The position numbers were made by a program, and so were the translations under genes. A stretch of 64,000 nucleotides of DNA from Stegostoma tigrinum (lineage: Eukaryota), in NCBI RefSeq assembly GCF_030684315.1, contig NC_081355.1, positions 58,947,909 to 59,011,908 of the forward strand, in the 5' to 3' direction. Below the pieces are notes generated by a model. It was not told where the DNA came from. It worked only from the letters and a program-made list of their open reading frames with translations, and searched no databases. Below, in pieces: positions 24,901-38,690 of the stretch. How positions within the stretch are numbered: the first letter of the stretch is position 1; every line of letters begins with the position of its first letter.

Positions 24901-26489
24901 AGGAAATATTTAACATGGCCAAGAAGAACCAATAGCCAACAAACCAGAAGAATCTCTAGCAAATTTAATGAGAAGAAAGAAGTGACCAAGTATGTGCTAC
25001 CATTTGCTGGTATTTCGTTGAAGGGAGGCCAAGCAAAACATCCAGCAAATTTGTCAAGAATACATTTTTTTGAGGGCTGACAGCATTTCAAAATCATAGA
25101 TGACTCACTAGCATTTGACAGAAGGCTAACTAACCCAGTTTTCCTTTGGGACAATATCTTAGCAAGGATTACCAAAGACATTTAGGATTGCCAGGTGTAC
25201 AGCCAGGACTCACTCAATGGTGTGGTGGCCAGAGATCTCAAAACTCATTGAAAATTCTGCAGTTATACAGCATTGTCATTTCCAGACAATCCTCCTACCA
25301 TTATTTATGATACGTCGGAAGACTAAAATCAGCAAAGTCCTCCCGAAGAAGCAAATACTGAAAGTAAAAATGAACAGTACTACCTATTTGAGTAATGTGG
25401 TTCATGCTGTATCACCTTGAACCAAACGTATGCTAAGACCCAATACAGGAAGGAAGATTGATAACAGCACACTACTCCAACCATTAGCTGATATTTGTTG
25501 CTTTCACAGCACCAACAATTGACAACTACCAAAATGTAAGCACCTACCTAAAACACCAGAATAATCTCATATGAAAGGTAATAAATACCTCATGTTACAC
25601 CTAGATGACACTCTGGATTATGTGCACTTTTTCTCAAATAGGGCTTGTAACTACTAAATCAAAGGCAAGAATGCTACCAACTGCATTAAGCTGACTCTAG
25701 TTAGAAATTTCCTGATATCACACTTTCTGTGGCTAAGACTCCTTTATTGCAACATAACGTCATAATATCACTGACGTAAGTTTCATATGGTGGCTTTAAA
25801 CTGATAGGCAAAAATGTCGGCATTTGTTGTACATTCAGCTCATTCACAGCATATAGTTTTTATAGGATTTTAAATAAATAAATCTCATTCTGAAAATCTT
25901 TTTTGTTTTTTTTAAGTCAAGCTAAATATTCAGTAAATGCGTACAGGTATTTTATTAGTTTATTCAAAACAATTGCCAAGACAGTATGGGATTTTATTTA
26001 CTTCGTCCGCATGAACCACAGACTGGAATAATCATTCTAGATGCCAGTGCTGTGTTGCTAGAAGTCATCAGAAATACAATCTCCAGGCACAATAGAGAAA
26101 GGAATTTGCAGCAGGCTAGCCAGCTTTGGAGTAAGTATCAGAAATTCTTCCACTGGTTGATCTCAAAGAAAGCATGGGTACTTCCCCTATCATTATATCT
26201 CCATTACATAGTTGAAAAGCTTTTGAAGCTGTCAAACATTAAATACCATGGAAAGCAGTGGATCAGTTTACGGAAAATACAGTGAAGGACAATGGATGAA
26301 GAGGATTTTGAAGTAGGTGGAAGTGGACACTGTTCAAGAAGGAATGTTATGCTGCCACCAGCAGGTGGTTCAGGAGACTGGTTTAATATGAAACCATAAA
26401 TGACACCGAAGAGCAAAAGACGTTTGCAAGAGGAGTAGGTCCAAAAGGCAAGTAGGGAACTGTTAAGGAGCAGAAGGAGAATATTGTAT

Positions 26490-27362
26490 CATAGATAGTA
26501 GGAACTGCAGATGCTGGAAAATCCAAGATAACAAGGTGTTGTGCCAGATGAACACAGCAGGCCAAGCAGCATCTTAGGAGCAGGAAAGCTGACGTTTTGG
26601 GCCTAGACCCTTCATCAGAAATGGGGGAGGGGAAGAAGGTTCTGAAATAAATAGGGAGACGGGGAGGCGGATTGAAGATAGATAGAGAAGATACACTCAG
26701 CACTTTTCCCTGCAACCGCAGGAAGTGCTATACCTGCCCCCACACCTACCCCCTCAACCCCATCCCAGGCCCCAAGAAGACTTTCCACATCAAGCAGATG
26801 TTCACCTGCACATCTGCTAATGTGGTATACTGCATCCGCTGTACCCATTGTGGCCTCCCCTACATCGGGGAAACCAAGCAGAGGCTTGGGGACCACTTTG
26901 CAGAACACCTACACTCAGTTTGCAATAAACAGCTGCACCTCCCAGTCACGAACTATTTCAACTCCCCCTCCCATTCCTCAGATGACATGTACATCCTGGG
27001 CCTCCTGCAGTGCCACAACAATGCCACCCGAAGGTTGTAGGAACAGCAACTCATATTCCGCTTGGGAACCCTGCAGCCCAATAGTATCAATGTGGATTTC
27101 ACAAGCTTCAAAATCTCCCCTCCCGCCATCACATCCCAAAATCTGCCAAACTCGTCTCCACCTCCCTAACCTGTTCTTACTCTCACCTATCCCCTCCTCC
27201 CACCTCAATCCTCACCCCCATTTCCTACCTACTAACCTCATCCTGCCCCCTTGACCTGTCCATCCTCCCTGGGCTGACCTATCCCCTCCCCACCTACACT
27301 CCCCTCTACTGGCTCCATCTGCACCACTTTAACTTGTCTGTCTCCTCTCCACTTATCTTCTC
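26490..27362. mobile_element. PLE subfamily A2 with internal inversion: 3' end on minus strand (26490-26690), GIY-YIG on plus strand (26693-27362)
   Basis: ORF 26672-27040: TFPCNRRKCYTC..VVYCIRCTHCGLPYIGETK with a premature stop; hammerhead-like motif at 26591-26618 (-). Confidence 0.9.
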
Positions 27363-27439
27363 CCAGCATTTGTTGCCCACCCCTAATTTTTCTGGAGAAG
27401 GTATCGGCGATGTACCTTCTTGAATCAAAACAATTCTTG

Positions 27440-27890
27440 AGGTATAGGGACACTCACAGTTAGGAAGGGAACTCCAGCATTTGCACTTGCATGCATTGGA
27501 AACTATGTGTTTAAGTATAATTAATTAATACGCAGCGCCTGTTAGTTGCAGACCAAAAGAACAAGTTCACGGATTACATTAGTTTCAATTGAACAAAAGA
27601 AACAACAGACATTTTTTGGTTCATTCCTTAGGGCAATGACTTGACCAGCCAGAATTGACCTGCGTGGTTTAAATCTAAACAAAATATGGAGAAGTTAATG
27701 TGAGTCATAATCTAGCCAGTGCATCCTCCATGGCAATGTCCCTAACAATCAGAGTCCACTTCTTAAAGAATTAGCATGTTCTTCTAATGCAGTGTAAATA
27801 TATTGTTCCCCTTTGCACAGATCTTCTTGCAGGTGTCCTGATGAATACAAAACAAAAAAACTTCAACAGAATGTGTTCATTTTCACCAAA
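27440..27890 (+). mobile_element. Old Poseidon-type PLE 3' end (family of 4725-5590)
   Basis: 'HLHALET', 'cctgttagttgcagaccaaaagaa' and the shared 3' UTR; decayed 'ctgatga' at 27838. Confidence 0.5.
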
Positions 27891-28994
27891 GCTTTGTTCA
27901 CTGATTATAAGGGGGTACAGTGTTGTTATACATATGACAGGTTAGACTCATTAAAAGAAAGGTTGATTATCATGCTGGGACAGTGTGGCTATGAGCAGTA
28001 TTATTTTGGAAAACCTCTTGTACTTATTATAAAAAAAGGCAGAAAAAGATTTTGTAGAGAAAAAGTCAGTCACCAGCACTAAACAAATACTCATTTCTGT
28101 TTATTTTTGGACAGTTGGCAAATATTTTTCAAATGCTAAAGTTTAAACTTCACAATAGGGCATTTGGAAGAGAAATTGAAACACTGGAGACTTCAGGAGA
28201 ATTACGGATTGATTGATAGGTATAATGTTATAACAAACAACCCTTTGTTTTATTCCAGACCTGGGTGTCACCAAGGTAGGATATTGCCCTATCAAAATTG
28301 GTTTCAAGCAGTAGTATAAATTGCCCTATTTCATGTAACTACACTTTAGCCAGTGACCTTTCAAATCTCAAGGGTGTAATAATGTTGTGTCTGTACTACT
28401 GTCAGATCTGATGATGGGTAATTGATTACTTGAGACCGCAGGGAGAATCAGCTGTGGTAAAGCTCTCATTGGCAGTACACAGATAAATAGTTCACAGGGT
28501 AGTTAGGATTTTAGTGCATATTTAATGATTCTTCATAATAAAACCTCATGTTAGCATGCTGCATCCAAAATAATTCTCATAGATTGCTCCACTGTTGAGA
28601 ACAATTTTGCAGATCACAACCTTCCGAGGTTTTAAAAGTAATTAAACAGAAAAGCAATTCTGTGATATGGTGGAGAAGCAATAAATTGAAAATGTGTTTC
28701 ATAAAAACATGGTTCTGATAATTATTTAGCTGAAGCAATGGGGTGGAGCTGGTTATTGTAGTGCAACGTATTAGAACAAGTCCACTGCAGGGACTTGGAT
28801 TTGAGTGCAATTCAAACCAAGCATGATGAGTTCATGAGTCCTGATAGAATTTAAAACGTAAATATGAATTCACAGCAACATTCCAGTCATGATAGATTCC
28901 TGAAAATGACCCCCTGGGGTTCAGCCCACTGATTATCCATATTTGTTTTTAAAACCCTACTAATGCCTGGCTGTATCTCTAGATTTACCAAGCT

Positions 28995-29597
28995 AACTTA
29001 AAAATATATCATTTATGTAATTCCCCTCATAACCTCAGGATGTCTCAAAGTGTTTCACAGCCAATTAAGTCCCTTTGAACCATAGTTAATGTTGTAATGT
29101 TGTAATATAACGCAACATGGCAGCACACTGCAGGACTCCAGAAAGAACATCGAAATAAATGACCATTTTATGTGTTGACTGGAGGGGTAAATGTTGACCA
29201 GGTCTCACTAAAAAATATTCTGCATTTCTTTAAATAGTGAGTAACATTCTAAAATTTCACTGAAGAGAGCCACTGAAGATCAGTTTAACATCTCATCCGA
29301 AAAACAGTGCAAAATCAGAAATTGCGGGAAGAGCTGAGCAGGACAGAGAGCATCTGTGGAGGGAAAGCTGAGTTGATGTTTTGGGCCCAGTGACACATCT
29401 TTGGAACTGTTCTGAATTTTTACAGAAATTTCTGATTTTATTTCTGATTTCCAGTATTCTCAGATCTTTTTGATTTTTTTTGCTCAGTTTGAAGAACAAT
29501 ACAACTCTCCTTTAGTGCCAGTCCAAATTATCTGCTGAAATCTCAGGAGTGGGACCTGAACCCACAAATTTCTGACATTGTACTTAGAGTGCTACCT
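28995..29597 (-). mobile_element. DeuSINE-like SINE interrupted by a PLE-terminus insertion
   Basis: Reverse tRNA head 'gggacctgaacccac..ttctgac..gagtgctacc' at 29550-29597; core 'gtttaacatctcatccgaaa'. Confidence 0.6.
29311..29480. mobile_element. PLE family C terminal fold-back fragment
   Basis: 'aaaatcagaaattgc' versus 'aaatttctgatttt' inverted, followed by a PLE-like tail 'tttccagtattctcag'; related to 43245-43335. Confidence 0.55.
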
Positions 29598-29989
29598 TAT
29601 ATTTAATCATAATTTCCATCATAATATAATATCCATCAATAATATCAATTTGCCATTTCTTAACATATCTACATAGCAAGTGGAAATTGACCTGATGATT
29701 ATTAATTTCCTTTCTGATCATTATACACTCAAAACATTTTGTGTTATCAGAAAATTTTAGTGCTAAAGAGACTCTGATCTATTCTATTCACGTATATAAA
29801 TATAAAGAGTCTCAGAACTGGTCCCCTTGGAACCCCACTTTGGTACATTGTCTCAATATAAGCATTTCCCTTTGCCTTCTATCTTCTCTCCGCAAATCAG
29901 TTTTTAATCCACCTAGGCAGTTTTTCAGTTATTTTAAGAGTTCAATAATTAGGGGCATTATTTAGAGATTGCCGGTTGCTTTTTTCGAA

Positions 29990-30242
29990 CCGAGAAGTTT
30001 TTTTTTCCCCACAGAGGTTTGTGTGACTTTGGCCTCTCTGTCTACAGAAGACGATGGAGGTGGAGTCATTGAAAACTTTTAAGGCAGAGGCAGATAAATT
30101 GTTGGGTCAGGGAAACAGATGTTATCAGAGATGAGAGAGATGTAAAATTCAAAACACTAACAGATCTGCCATGACCTTATGGCATGTGGAGCAGGCTTGA
30201 GGGGCTGAATGGCCTATTGCTTCTAATTCATATGTTCATACT
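29990..30242 (+). mobile_element. CR1 3' end
   Basis: 'tttaaggcagaggcagat..gagcaggcttgaggggctgaatggcctattg..tatgttc'. Confidence 0.65.
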
Positions 30243-33200
30243 TGAATAGTTTCATTTGCTAGTTCACTTACTTCCCTAAGTCATTCTCATAATATTGTTT
30301 AGTACAGCCTAAAATTGCTAAGACTGGTTACTGCTTCCTCTGAATGCTTATTTATAACATTCTGTAGATGCCCTTGAGCAGTTTCCCATGATGGATCTGC
30401 AGCTAATGGTTTTGTAATTTATAGGTTTGTGTCTCATTAATTTTTGAAGATTGGAATTGTATTTACTATCTTCATTTCTTGGGCATCCTCCAGGAGCAGA
30501 GGAACGCTTATAAAATTTCCAACTGAACATCGCTCATTTTCTCCTTGTTGAGAGTGGTAAGATCAAACCCATCTGTTCCAGATAACAGTTATAAACTATT
30601 CGAGCTTTGATCTTAAACTTTATGGCATTATCTATGTTGCTCAATTAGTTGACTGCCTTACAGTTCATTCCCTTCTTTTCATTATACATGAGACACAATC
30701 TAGACTGAAGTTTATTCTTCATAGGCCTTCATATTATCAGGATTATAACTTTGGTGACTAATGTGATTTTGCTTTCTGAACAAATAATGGCGTGCTATGT
30801 GAGAAACTTTAGCATTTTAAGTCTAAGTCAACAAACTCTTGTGATGTCACTCATTAATCATTAAGAGTGAAAATATCAGATAGTTTCTAAGTAGTTTTTG
30901 CTTTTTATAACAATACAATGAAAAAATACTTGAAATCAGCAGTGTGATTTTTGATAGCATGTATCAATTTTACCAGTGTACATTTGCATAGAATAATGCA
31001 TTACTGCATTAATAGTACTACTGCATTAGTACATCTCTGAGAAGATAACGTGTTTCCACATATAAGTTAGTAGCAATGGGTTTTCAGCACTCGTCCATCA
31101 AAACTGATCAAATCTAACTTTTTGCTGCAATTTTTATAATGGTGGTAAGGGTTATTCTTCCATACACTTGCTTGGTACTTGTTTTGGTAAGAATGTAAAT
31201 ATCCTGTTATTTCAAAGATGAATGAGGTCTATGTGTGTAAAGTAACTTGTACACACTGGGATGTAGTCAGTAAATTCTTACAGATGTGCAAAAAATGTAG
31301 TTTATTTCATTTCATTTTTCTGAATCAGAATGGTAGAGCTCACTCATTAATCTGGCAAAAAATGAAGCTTTTGTAAGCAAGTTTTTCCACAACATCTGTC
31401 TGAATAGAGGCATTGTCAGAGGGTGAGGTCACTGGAGAAGGAAGGTGAGGTAACTGCACACAGCTGAATCTACAGAGTGCAGGCCGGGACTTATTAATAC
31501 AACTGGCTAGTGTTTCTTTAACGGTGCAAGACACTCTCACCACTGACATCCACAGAAAATATAATTCAGGTAGAACAACCTCAACATTAAACTGTGTATT
31601 AAATTTGCAAACTAAACATTAGTTCAATGTGATGTATAGTTGAAACATTTAAAAATAATTCTTGTATGAGTACTGTTTAATTAATTAAAGCCATCATGAA
31701 AACATTATTGCATAATGAAAATTGAAATTTGGTACATCATTGCTGACTAATTGGTATTGTTTTCCTCATTACCCCCAAAAGTTTTCTGAGTTTTCTCCAA
31801 AATTGATGGTGAAGGAGATTTTAGATGTAAGACAATGTCGAAGATAACATTTCAATGAATCTAAATATACTGAATCTAACAGTGCAGGTGCCAATTATTT
31901 TAAGGTTTTTTTTAAACTTAAAACAAGAAACCAGAAAGTGGGAAACAGCATTTTCATAATAACTTGGTAGTATATGAATAATTTTTATATTTCAGTTGGA
32001 TTGTCATGCATGTTGCTGCTATAGTTAGTCTGTTGTTTGTGAGTTTTGCATAATTTGCAGAACGTGTTGAATTCATAAGATCTGCATTGAGTCAACGCTG
32101 TTTTTCATGCTGCAAGCGTTACAATGCAGTGCTTTATGAAAGCTATTGTTTGGAAATCCCCAAACATATTACTTTTATCTACACTGAGACTGCGATATCT
32201 CTTTGTGTCTATTATGTAATTGCTTAAAAGCCCAGGAATCTAACAGGCTTGTGCAGCATACATGTTGTGTTGTGTGGCAGAAACTTTTGTTAATGGTCTT
32301 TTGGTCTTAACTGTACACAATGGAATGAATTGTGTTTGGATTAGTAATCCTATGTTTGCTTAGCAATTCTACTATATCCAGCAGTTATGATGTTGCTGGT
32401 TATAAGACTTTAGAAATGACTGTTTACACGTTACAAACAATCTGTTTTCAATAGCACTTGGCTAAAATATTTTTTAAAAACTGTAGGATCCAGGTTTAGT
32501 GAATATTCTATGGAAGTATAATTTTTTTCCCAGGCTGTGCCAACTTTCTGATTAATTTGAATTTATTACTACCATTTTTATTTTGAAACAGGTCTACAGG
32601 TTGATTTTTATTCTGTCAATTTGTACTGAGTTCATGATCAGTAAAATTAGAATCAGAAGGTCCAGCTGGGACACTTATCCTGTTTTCGTATAAAGTTACT
32701 TTGAAAAAGATCCACTTGGACGTAAGGTGACCCAAATTTAATCTAACACATGAGTCTTTCAAAGCAGCACACACATGGTTTCCAGGCCCCAGCCTACTTG
32801 GTTATTTTGAAAGAAAGGGGAAAAAAATGCAATTATTTAAAATAGTCGTCGCATTGCTGTTTAAATCTGCTGGAAAGAAACTGAATTTCTTTGCATCTTT
32901 TTGGCATCACAAAGTGGACTTTGAGCTCCAAAATGGTACATATGGGACCATGTGAATAGTTCTGGTGAGAGTCTCATGAATGCCGTATTTATGAGGGGGT
33001 AGCAGATGCAGAGTAATGTCCACTGAAAGTATGCACAGCTGGCATATCGTGACAACATTGTGTGCAACATTGATTTGACTAATAATGTCACTTTGAAACA
33101 GTATTTCATGAATCAATATCCACCTGATGTCTGATGTCATTATCATCACCAAATCCCTCATCATCCACATCTTAGGGCTTACCATTGTTATGATCCAAGT

Positions 33201-34597
33201 TACTGGACAGGTCAGATCCAAGAGTTAAGTCTCACTATCAAGTTTTATGTTTATGTTTTATTTTTGCTATTTGTAATGCATGATGATCAGTCACTGAATG
33301 TATTCATAAGATGCTGTCAATGTACCTCAATGTTTATTGCATACAAATAAAAACACACAATATTTTACAGCACATGAACTGGTTGAAATGGTTTTCTTTC
33401 CAATACCAGAAATAAAGATTCACCCTTTTTACCCTCAACAGCAATCTTACAGATACTCTAACCCTCAGTGAAAGATCTGTCCCCATTTTAAACTACCTTG
33501 TTCAGTTGGAATGGCTGTAACTGGTTTCTGGAGCTTTCTTCTTGCTGACTTGTAAGCACCTTTGGGGCAAACACAAGAGTTTTCCATACCCGCAGCTGTT
33601 CTCTGTTTTTGGAGTATTCTTCAAAGGCTCTTGAACTTTTATTCCCAGCCCTGACTTTTTGGAGACCACTAAACCACCAGAGAAAAGTTAATAATTTTAT
33701 GAATCATGGAGCCGTGGCCATTCCCCTGGGGCTGTGCCTCAGCAAACCTAAGAATCTGTTGGAAGACATATTGTTGAACTGCTGTAACATTATATAAACT
33801 GCTGTGTGCACTGTAATCTACAACCAAAATGGTAGCATTCTGAGCTTGCATGGCAAATGGTTCACTATGAGCTTCCAATTCAGATGTGGGTGACTGTTAC
33901 TTGTGTCACAGAGTAAAATGTGGCATTAGTATTATGTGCTGCACCCTGATTTGGTCCACCAATAGGCCACATTGTAAAGGATGAACTCCAAGCTCTGTGC
34001 CAAATTGATGATGATCATCTCCCTGTTCCTTAACATTGTGTGCTTTCTGGCAGGCTTTATGGTACATACCTACCAACGGATTTTGTGTATGATTTGCCAT
34101 CTGCTGAGCAGGCACCTATGTTATCCTTGCCCTCTGCATTGGCTACCAGCTATTAGGGGCCAAGGTCTCATAATTCTTGCATCCAATCTCTATGCTGTCC
34201 TATGAATTAAGTGCAGTGTCAATATCTGAACAATGGCTGAAAATGTGGCACCTTCCTCTTCAGTGTCCCCTGGCTTTTCCTCCACTGCCTGGGTAGATTA
34301 CACATCTAGGGCAGCTGTAAGGAGAAATGTACGTGAATAAGTTGTGTTTTCTTAAGCCATCAGCAGCTTTTAAACCATAGAAGATTGGAGGACGTTTGGG
34401 AGCTGGCATGTGAGGAGGAGGAATAAGTGTGCCAGTATCATCATCTTCAATGTTTTCAGCCTTACTGTCTGACCACAGTTTCCACAAATATATTGTAATA
34501 ATAGTGAACACTAATTTCTCCATCAAGACATGAATATATGTCTGTTCCCCACTGTTTGGCTCTCGTGCTGCCTTTGCTCATGCCACTTTGCCCTGTG

Positions 34598-34600
<3 letters not shown>

Positions 34601-34628
<28 letters not shown>
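34601..34628. repeat. (GA)14 microsatellite
   Basis: Read directly. Confidence 0.95.
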
Positions 34629-34632
<4 letters not shown>

Positions 34633-36257
34633 GCTCAGTGAATGCCATGTAATCTTCTTGTGCGATGTAACTGACATGGTTGAATAATTGACAGCGTGTG
34701 CAACCTGCACGATGAGGACGTAAAGCTTCACTGTTTTCTAAATCACACACTTTTTGTATAACTGTCAGAACCAGCTGTACCTTTAGTGCACCACAGCTTG
34801 AAGAAGTGAAGATTGTCTTTGAATAATGCAAGCTCTGTGTCAAGTGATATTAACCCCCTGTTGATAAGTACAACCAATCAACAGTGCAGTTAATATTGTG
34901 AATTGGTGCGGAAATTATTGAAATGAGCAGGAAGCATGAAGTTGGCTTGCTGCACATATGGCAATCAGTGGACAAGTTAATCATGCAGCTTTAGGCCCGT
35001 TTTCAGGGAAATCAAATTTACACCCCCATTTCATCAAGGTAACAGGTAATTCTTTTAAAACAATTCTAGAACTTTTATTTGTTAATTAAAGTTAACAGTG
35101 ATGCTGAGCGGAGATGAGATCACTGTAATAATCTTTTAAATTAGAAAGATTATACTAGAAAAATCAATAGGTGAGACAGGGTTTATCAGTTACGAGTATG
35201 AACAGACCATAGTTTCAGTTCACTTGGGCTTGAATTGAAGATCCACTTCTCTAGCTTCGCTCACGATATTCATACTTAGATTTTAGCATCATGTGAACAT
35301 TTATATTACATTAAAGTTTGACTTCATATTTATTAAATGCAGACATGCATGTGTGTTGCATGAAAGATTCAAATTGTGCAATATCTCAACGTTTTGAGAT
35401 TTCAATTTTGCAGTGTTAATTGTCGAGCTGTACAATTAGTGTACTATAGTAGTTGAGATCTGGGTAAGACTAGGATTTTTTTACCCATTACTAATAAATG
35501 AGTTGTCTGCTAGACCACCACAGAAGACAAGGGGATTGAAATCAGATAAAGGCAGCCTTGGGAAGGAGTTTTTGTACAACAATTCATTTGTACCAATATT
35601 ACTTACTTTTGCTGTGTAGCTTTTTTGTTTAAACAATCTGCCAGATAAATGAATGCCTTTGATGTTTGGAGTGCAGGAAATGGCAATCATTGTCTTACTT
35701 AGTGGAGTAGATATTCATCAGCCCCTGATTCTGGCTGCGGAAGTGTTATGGCTGTATCATGCATAGTGATGTATGACTGAACTCACAGTATCATGGGTAA
35801 TGTGCCCACTTAAGATCTGGACATTTTTCTTACCTTCTGGCTTACTTTTACATCTGCTGTTGTTTTTTTTAAATTCTGGTTTTGTAACCAAGATGCCACT
35901 GGAGAATGGTGACTTTGTACACTTTTCAGTGTACTTGTGTATTCCTATATTTGAGTACATGTGACAATAAAATCTAATTCTAAAAATCTAAAATTCAGTA
36001 TATTAAAATATCAAGGCACTTGGACGAATAGACACCCGGAACTGGGTAATATATATCAATATATAACAAAACAACATAGGACCTTTTCCTGCATAATTAT
36101 GCCAGAATTTTGAAAGAGCTGTTCAATTATTCCCTTCTCCTAAGACCCTATCAATTTCTTCTGCCACTCTCTCAGAGAGTCCTATTCATATTACACTAAT
36201 TTGCTATGTTTAAAAAAAAGTCTTGATATTGCCACAGGTTAGTTTGCTAAACTCATT

Positions 36258-36478
36258 TGGGTCAGTTAACTCAGTTAGTTGGACAGCTGGGTTGCAAGGC
36301 ACAGCAACACCAATAGCGTGCATTCAAATCCCACGCTGGCTGAGGGAACCGTGAAGGTCCCTCCCTTTCAACCTTGTTCCTCATCTGAGGCATCGTGGTC
36401 CTCAGGTTAAGCCATCATCAGTCATTCCTGCCTAATCAGGCAGCAGCCCAATTCTGCTCAGGGGCTATAGTGACCTTT
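36258..36478 (+). mobile_element. tRNA-derived SINE (third family)
   Basis: A-box-like taactcagttag and B-box-like attcaaatccc, then a body with internal inverted repeat ctgagg/cctcag. Confidence 0.55.
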
Positions 36479-37139
36479 TTTATTCTCTCTGCTCCAGGGG
36501 GAGATTGAAGCTGGCAGAAGTGGTGATAGGTGTGGAGTGTTGTCAGGATTGGCTGGGGGGACGTCAGGGATATGGTTCAGGCCGATGACAAAAACAGCAA
36601 GTGATGGTGATGCAGAGTCAGGAGCTTGAGACTTGGGAGAGAAGCAGACAAATGCGCAAATGGAGCTGAAGAATAGTGTGTAGGAGAAAGGAGAACTTGT
36701 GAATAGTGGAAATGAATGAGATTTTTGATGCGAGTGAGGGAAAAACTGTGGACTCGGAGTTGGTGGAATTTGGACTTAGATAGCAGGGAGAAAAAGAGAA
36801 CGGAGAAGAGAAAAGCAACCAATAAAGAAGTGAATGATACTTTGCCCTGGGTAAATAATGAAAGATTATTTCCAGTGATTATCAAGCAGGGAACAACAGT
36901 GTATAGATTGATGAATATTACAAGAAGAACCAAGAAGAAACTGTTTTAACGCTGAGAGCTATGAGATCATGGAGTGCTTCATCTCAAATTTCGTAGGTAC
37001 TAAAGATTGGATCATCATTTAAAGAGTAGGAGCCGCAGAAAGATAACATTCCCTGTGTCTATTCGATGGGCACCGGCAATTATCAAGCGCAGGAACAATA
37101 GCTCATTCCCTCATTCTATACCAGATCAACAAGGGTTAC

Positions 37140-38690
37140 ATACATACATTTGAACAAGGAGCAGTAGTGTGCCATTCTGTCCCTCGGACTTGCTCTGCCA
37201 CTCAATAAGATCATGGTTGATCTGATTGAAACCTTGTTGTGCAGTGGTAGTATCCCTATTTTTGATCCTGGAGGCCCAGGTTTATGTCCCACCTGTTCCA
37301 GAGATTATGTAATAACATCTCTAAGCAAGTTAAGTAGAAAATAGTTTGCTTTTCAATCTGTATTCTCACCTACCCTTGATGGCACTTGCTTAAAGCAAAT
37401 CTACCTATCTCTGTTTTAAAAATATTCAAGACTCTGCTTCCATCACACTTTTAGGAAGGGAGTTTCAACAACATTCAATTGGCTGAGATGAAATATTTTC
37501 TGTTTTCTGATCTATTTAAAATGAGGACCACTGATTTTTAAGAAGTGACCCCTTGTTCTGGATCCTCCCATACGCGGCAGCATTCTTTCTGCATCAAACT
37601 CAACAAGATGTCTCAGAATCTTGTATGTTTCCAGCAAGTGGCATCTCACTTTTCTGAACACTCATAGGTAGAAGTGATACCTGTTACACCTTCCCGCGTA
37701 AGCCAACCCTCCCATTTCTGATATAAGTCCAGTAAACTTTGGAAATGCCTCCAATGTATCAACATCTTTAATAATGCGAAGAGTACTTCAGCTGTAGTTT
37801 TATCAGTGCCCTTTGTAACTGAATCATAACCTTGCTACATTTGTATTCAGTTCCTGTCATAATAAATGATAACATTTTATTCATTTTCCTAGCTACTTGC
37901 TGCACCCACTTACTAACCTGTTGTGAATTGTACACACGGGCATCCAGATTCCTCTCATCTTAGAGCTCTGCAATTCTTCACCTTTGAAATAATATTCACA
38001 TTTCCCAATACTATACTCCATTGCCACATCTTTGTCCACTCATCAAACCTATATACATTTTTTCTGGCATCCCTCTGTCCTCTACATAGGTATTTTTCCA
38101 ACCATATTTCTGTTGTCAGCAAATTTGCCAACTGTACATTCCATCCTTTCATCTAAGTAATTTATGTAATCTGTAAACAGTTGAAATCCCAGCACAAAAC
38201 TTTATAACATGCCACTTATTACACAGTTCAAATCTGAAACAGGCCTATCCAGCTTCTCCTGATAACTCAAAGCCTCCATTCCCAGCAACATAATGGTAAA
38301 TCATCTGAACCCTCTCCAACTTAATAATAACAGGGAATAATAACTTCCTATAGCAGGGAAAATAGAACTAGACACAGTACACCAGAAGAGGCTTCACCAA
38401 TGTCTTCTACAACCTCAACATAATGAGCCTTCTCCTGTAATCAAAGGTTTGAGCAGTGAAGTCAAGCCTATCTTCACGTGATGCAAACTCCAAAGAATTA
38501 CATGTCTGAACCCCTAGGTCTCTCTGTTCTACAACACTGCCCAAAGCCCCATTTTTAATTGTGTAAGTCTTGTTCTTTTTTAACCAAAATGCAATACCTC
38601 GCCTTTATCCAAAATAAACTCCATTTACCACTCTTCAGCCTATTAACCCAGTTCATCAAGATCTCTTTATAATCTTAGATAGCCAATAGG
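37140..38690 (-). mobile_element. CR1 LINE remnants (two pieces) with a small tRNA-SINE inside (about 37235-37340)
   Basis: Reverse CR1 3' UTR at 37140-37230; minus-strand 'YRFDEWTKMWQ' (CR1 W..WQM motif). Confidence 0.65.

Larger units (their letters stand above)
23150..25300 (+). mobile_element. Gypsy/Ty3 LTR retrotransposon internal remnant (gag, protease, integrase zinc-binding region)
   Basis: Degenerate gag 'WIKQFL', 'LYSKGPAVDDIL', 'DECLSDILQ..LMLEKTI'; protease-like 'NFKLDT' at about 24450; integrase 'HLG..C.ARTHSMVWWPEISKLIE' at about 25180-25255. Confidence 0.65.

Noticed and set aside
33600-34500. Possible Harbinger-type transposase remnant on the minus strand
   Set aside because: Only faint motif-like traces; cannot be supported without a search.
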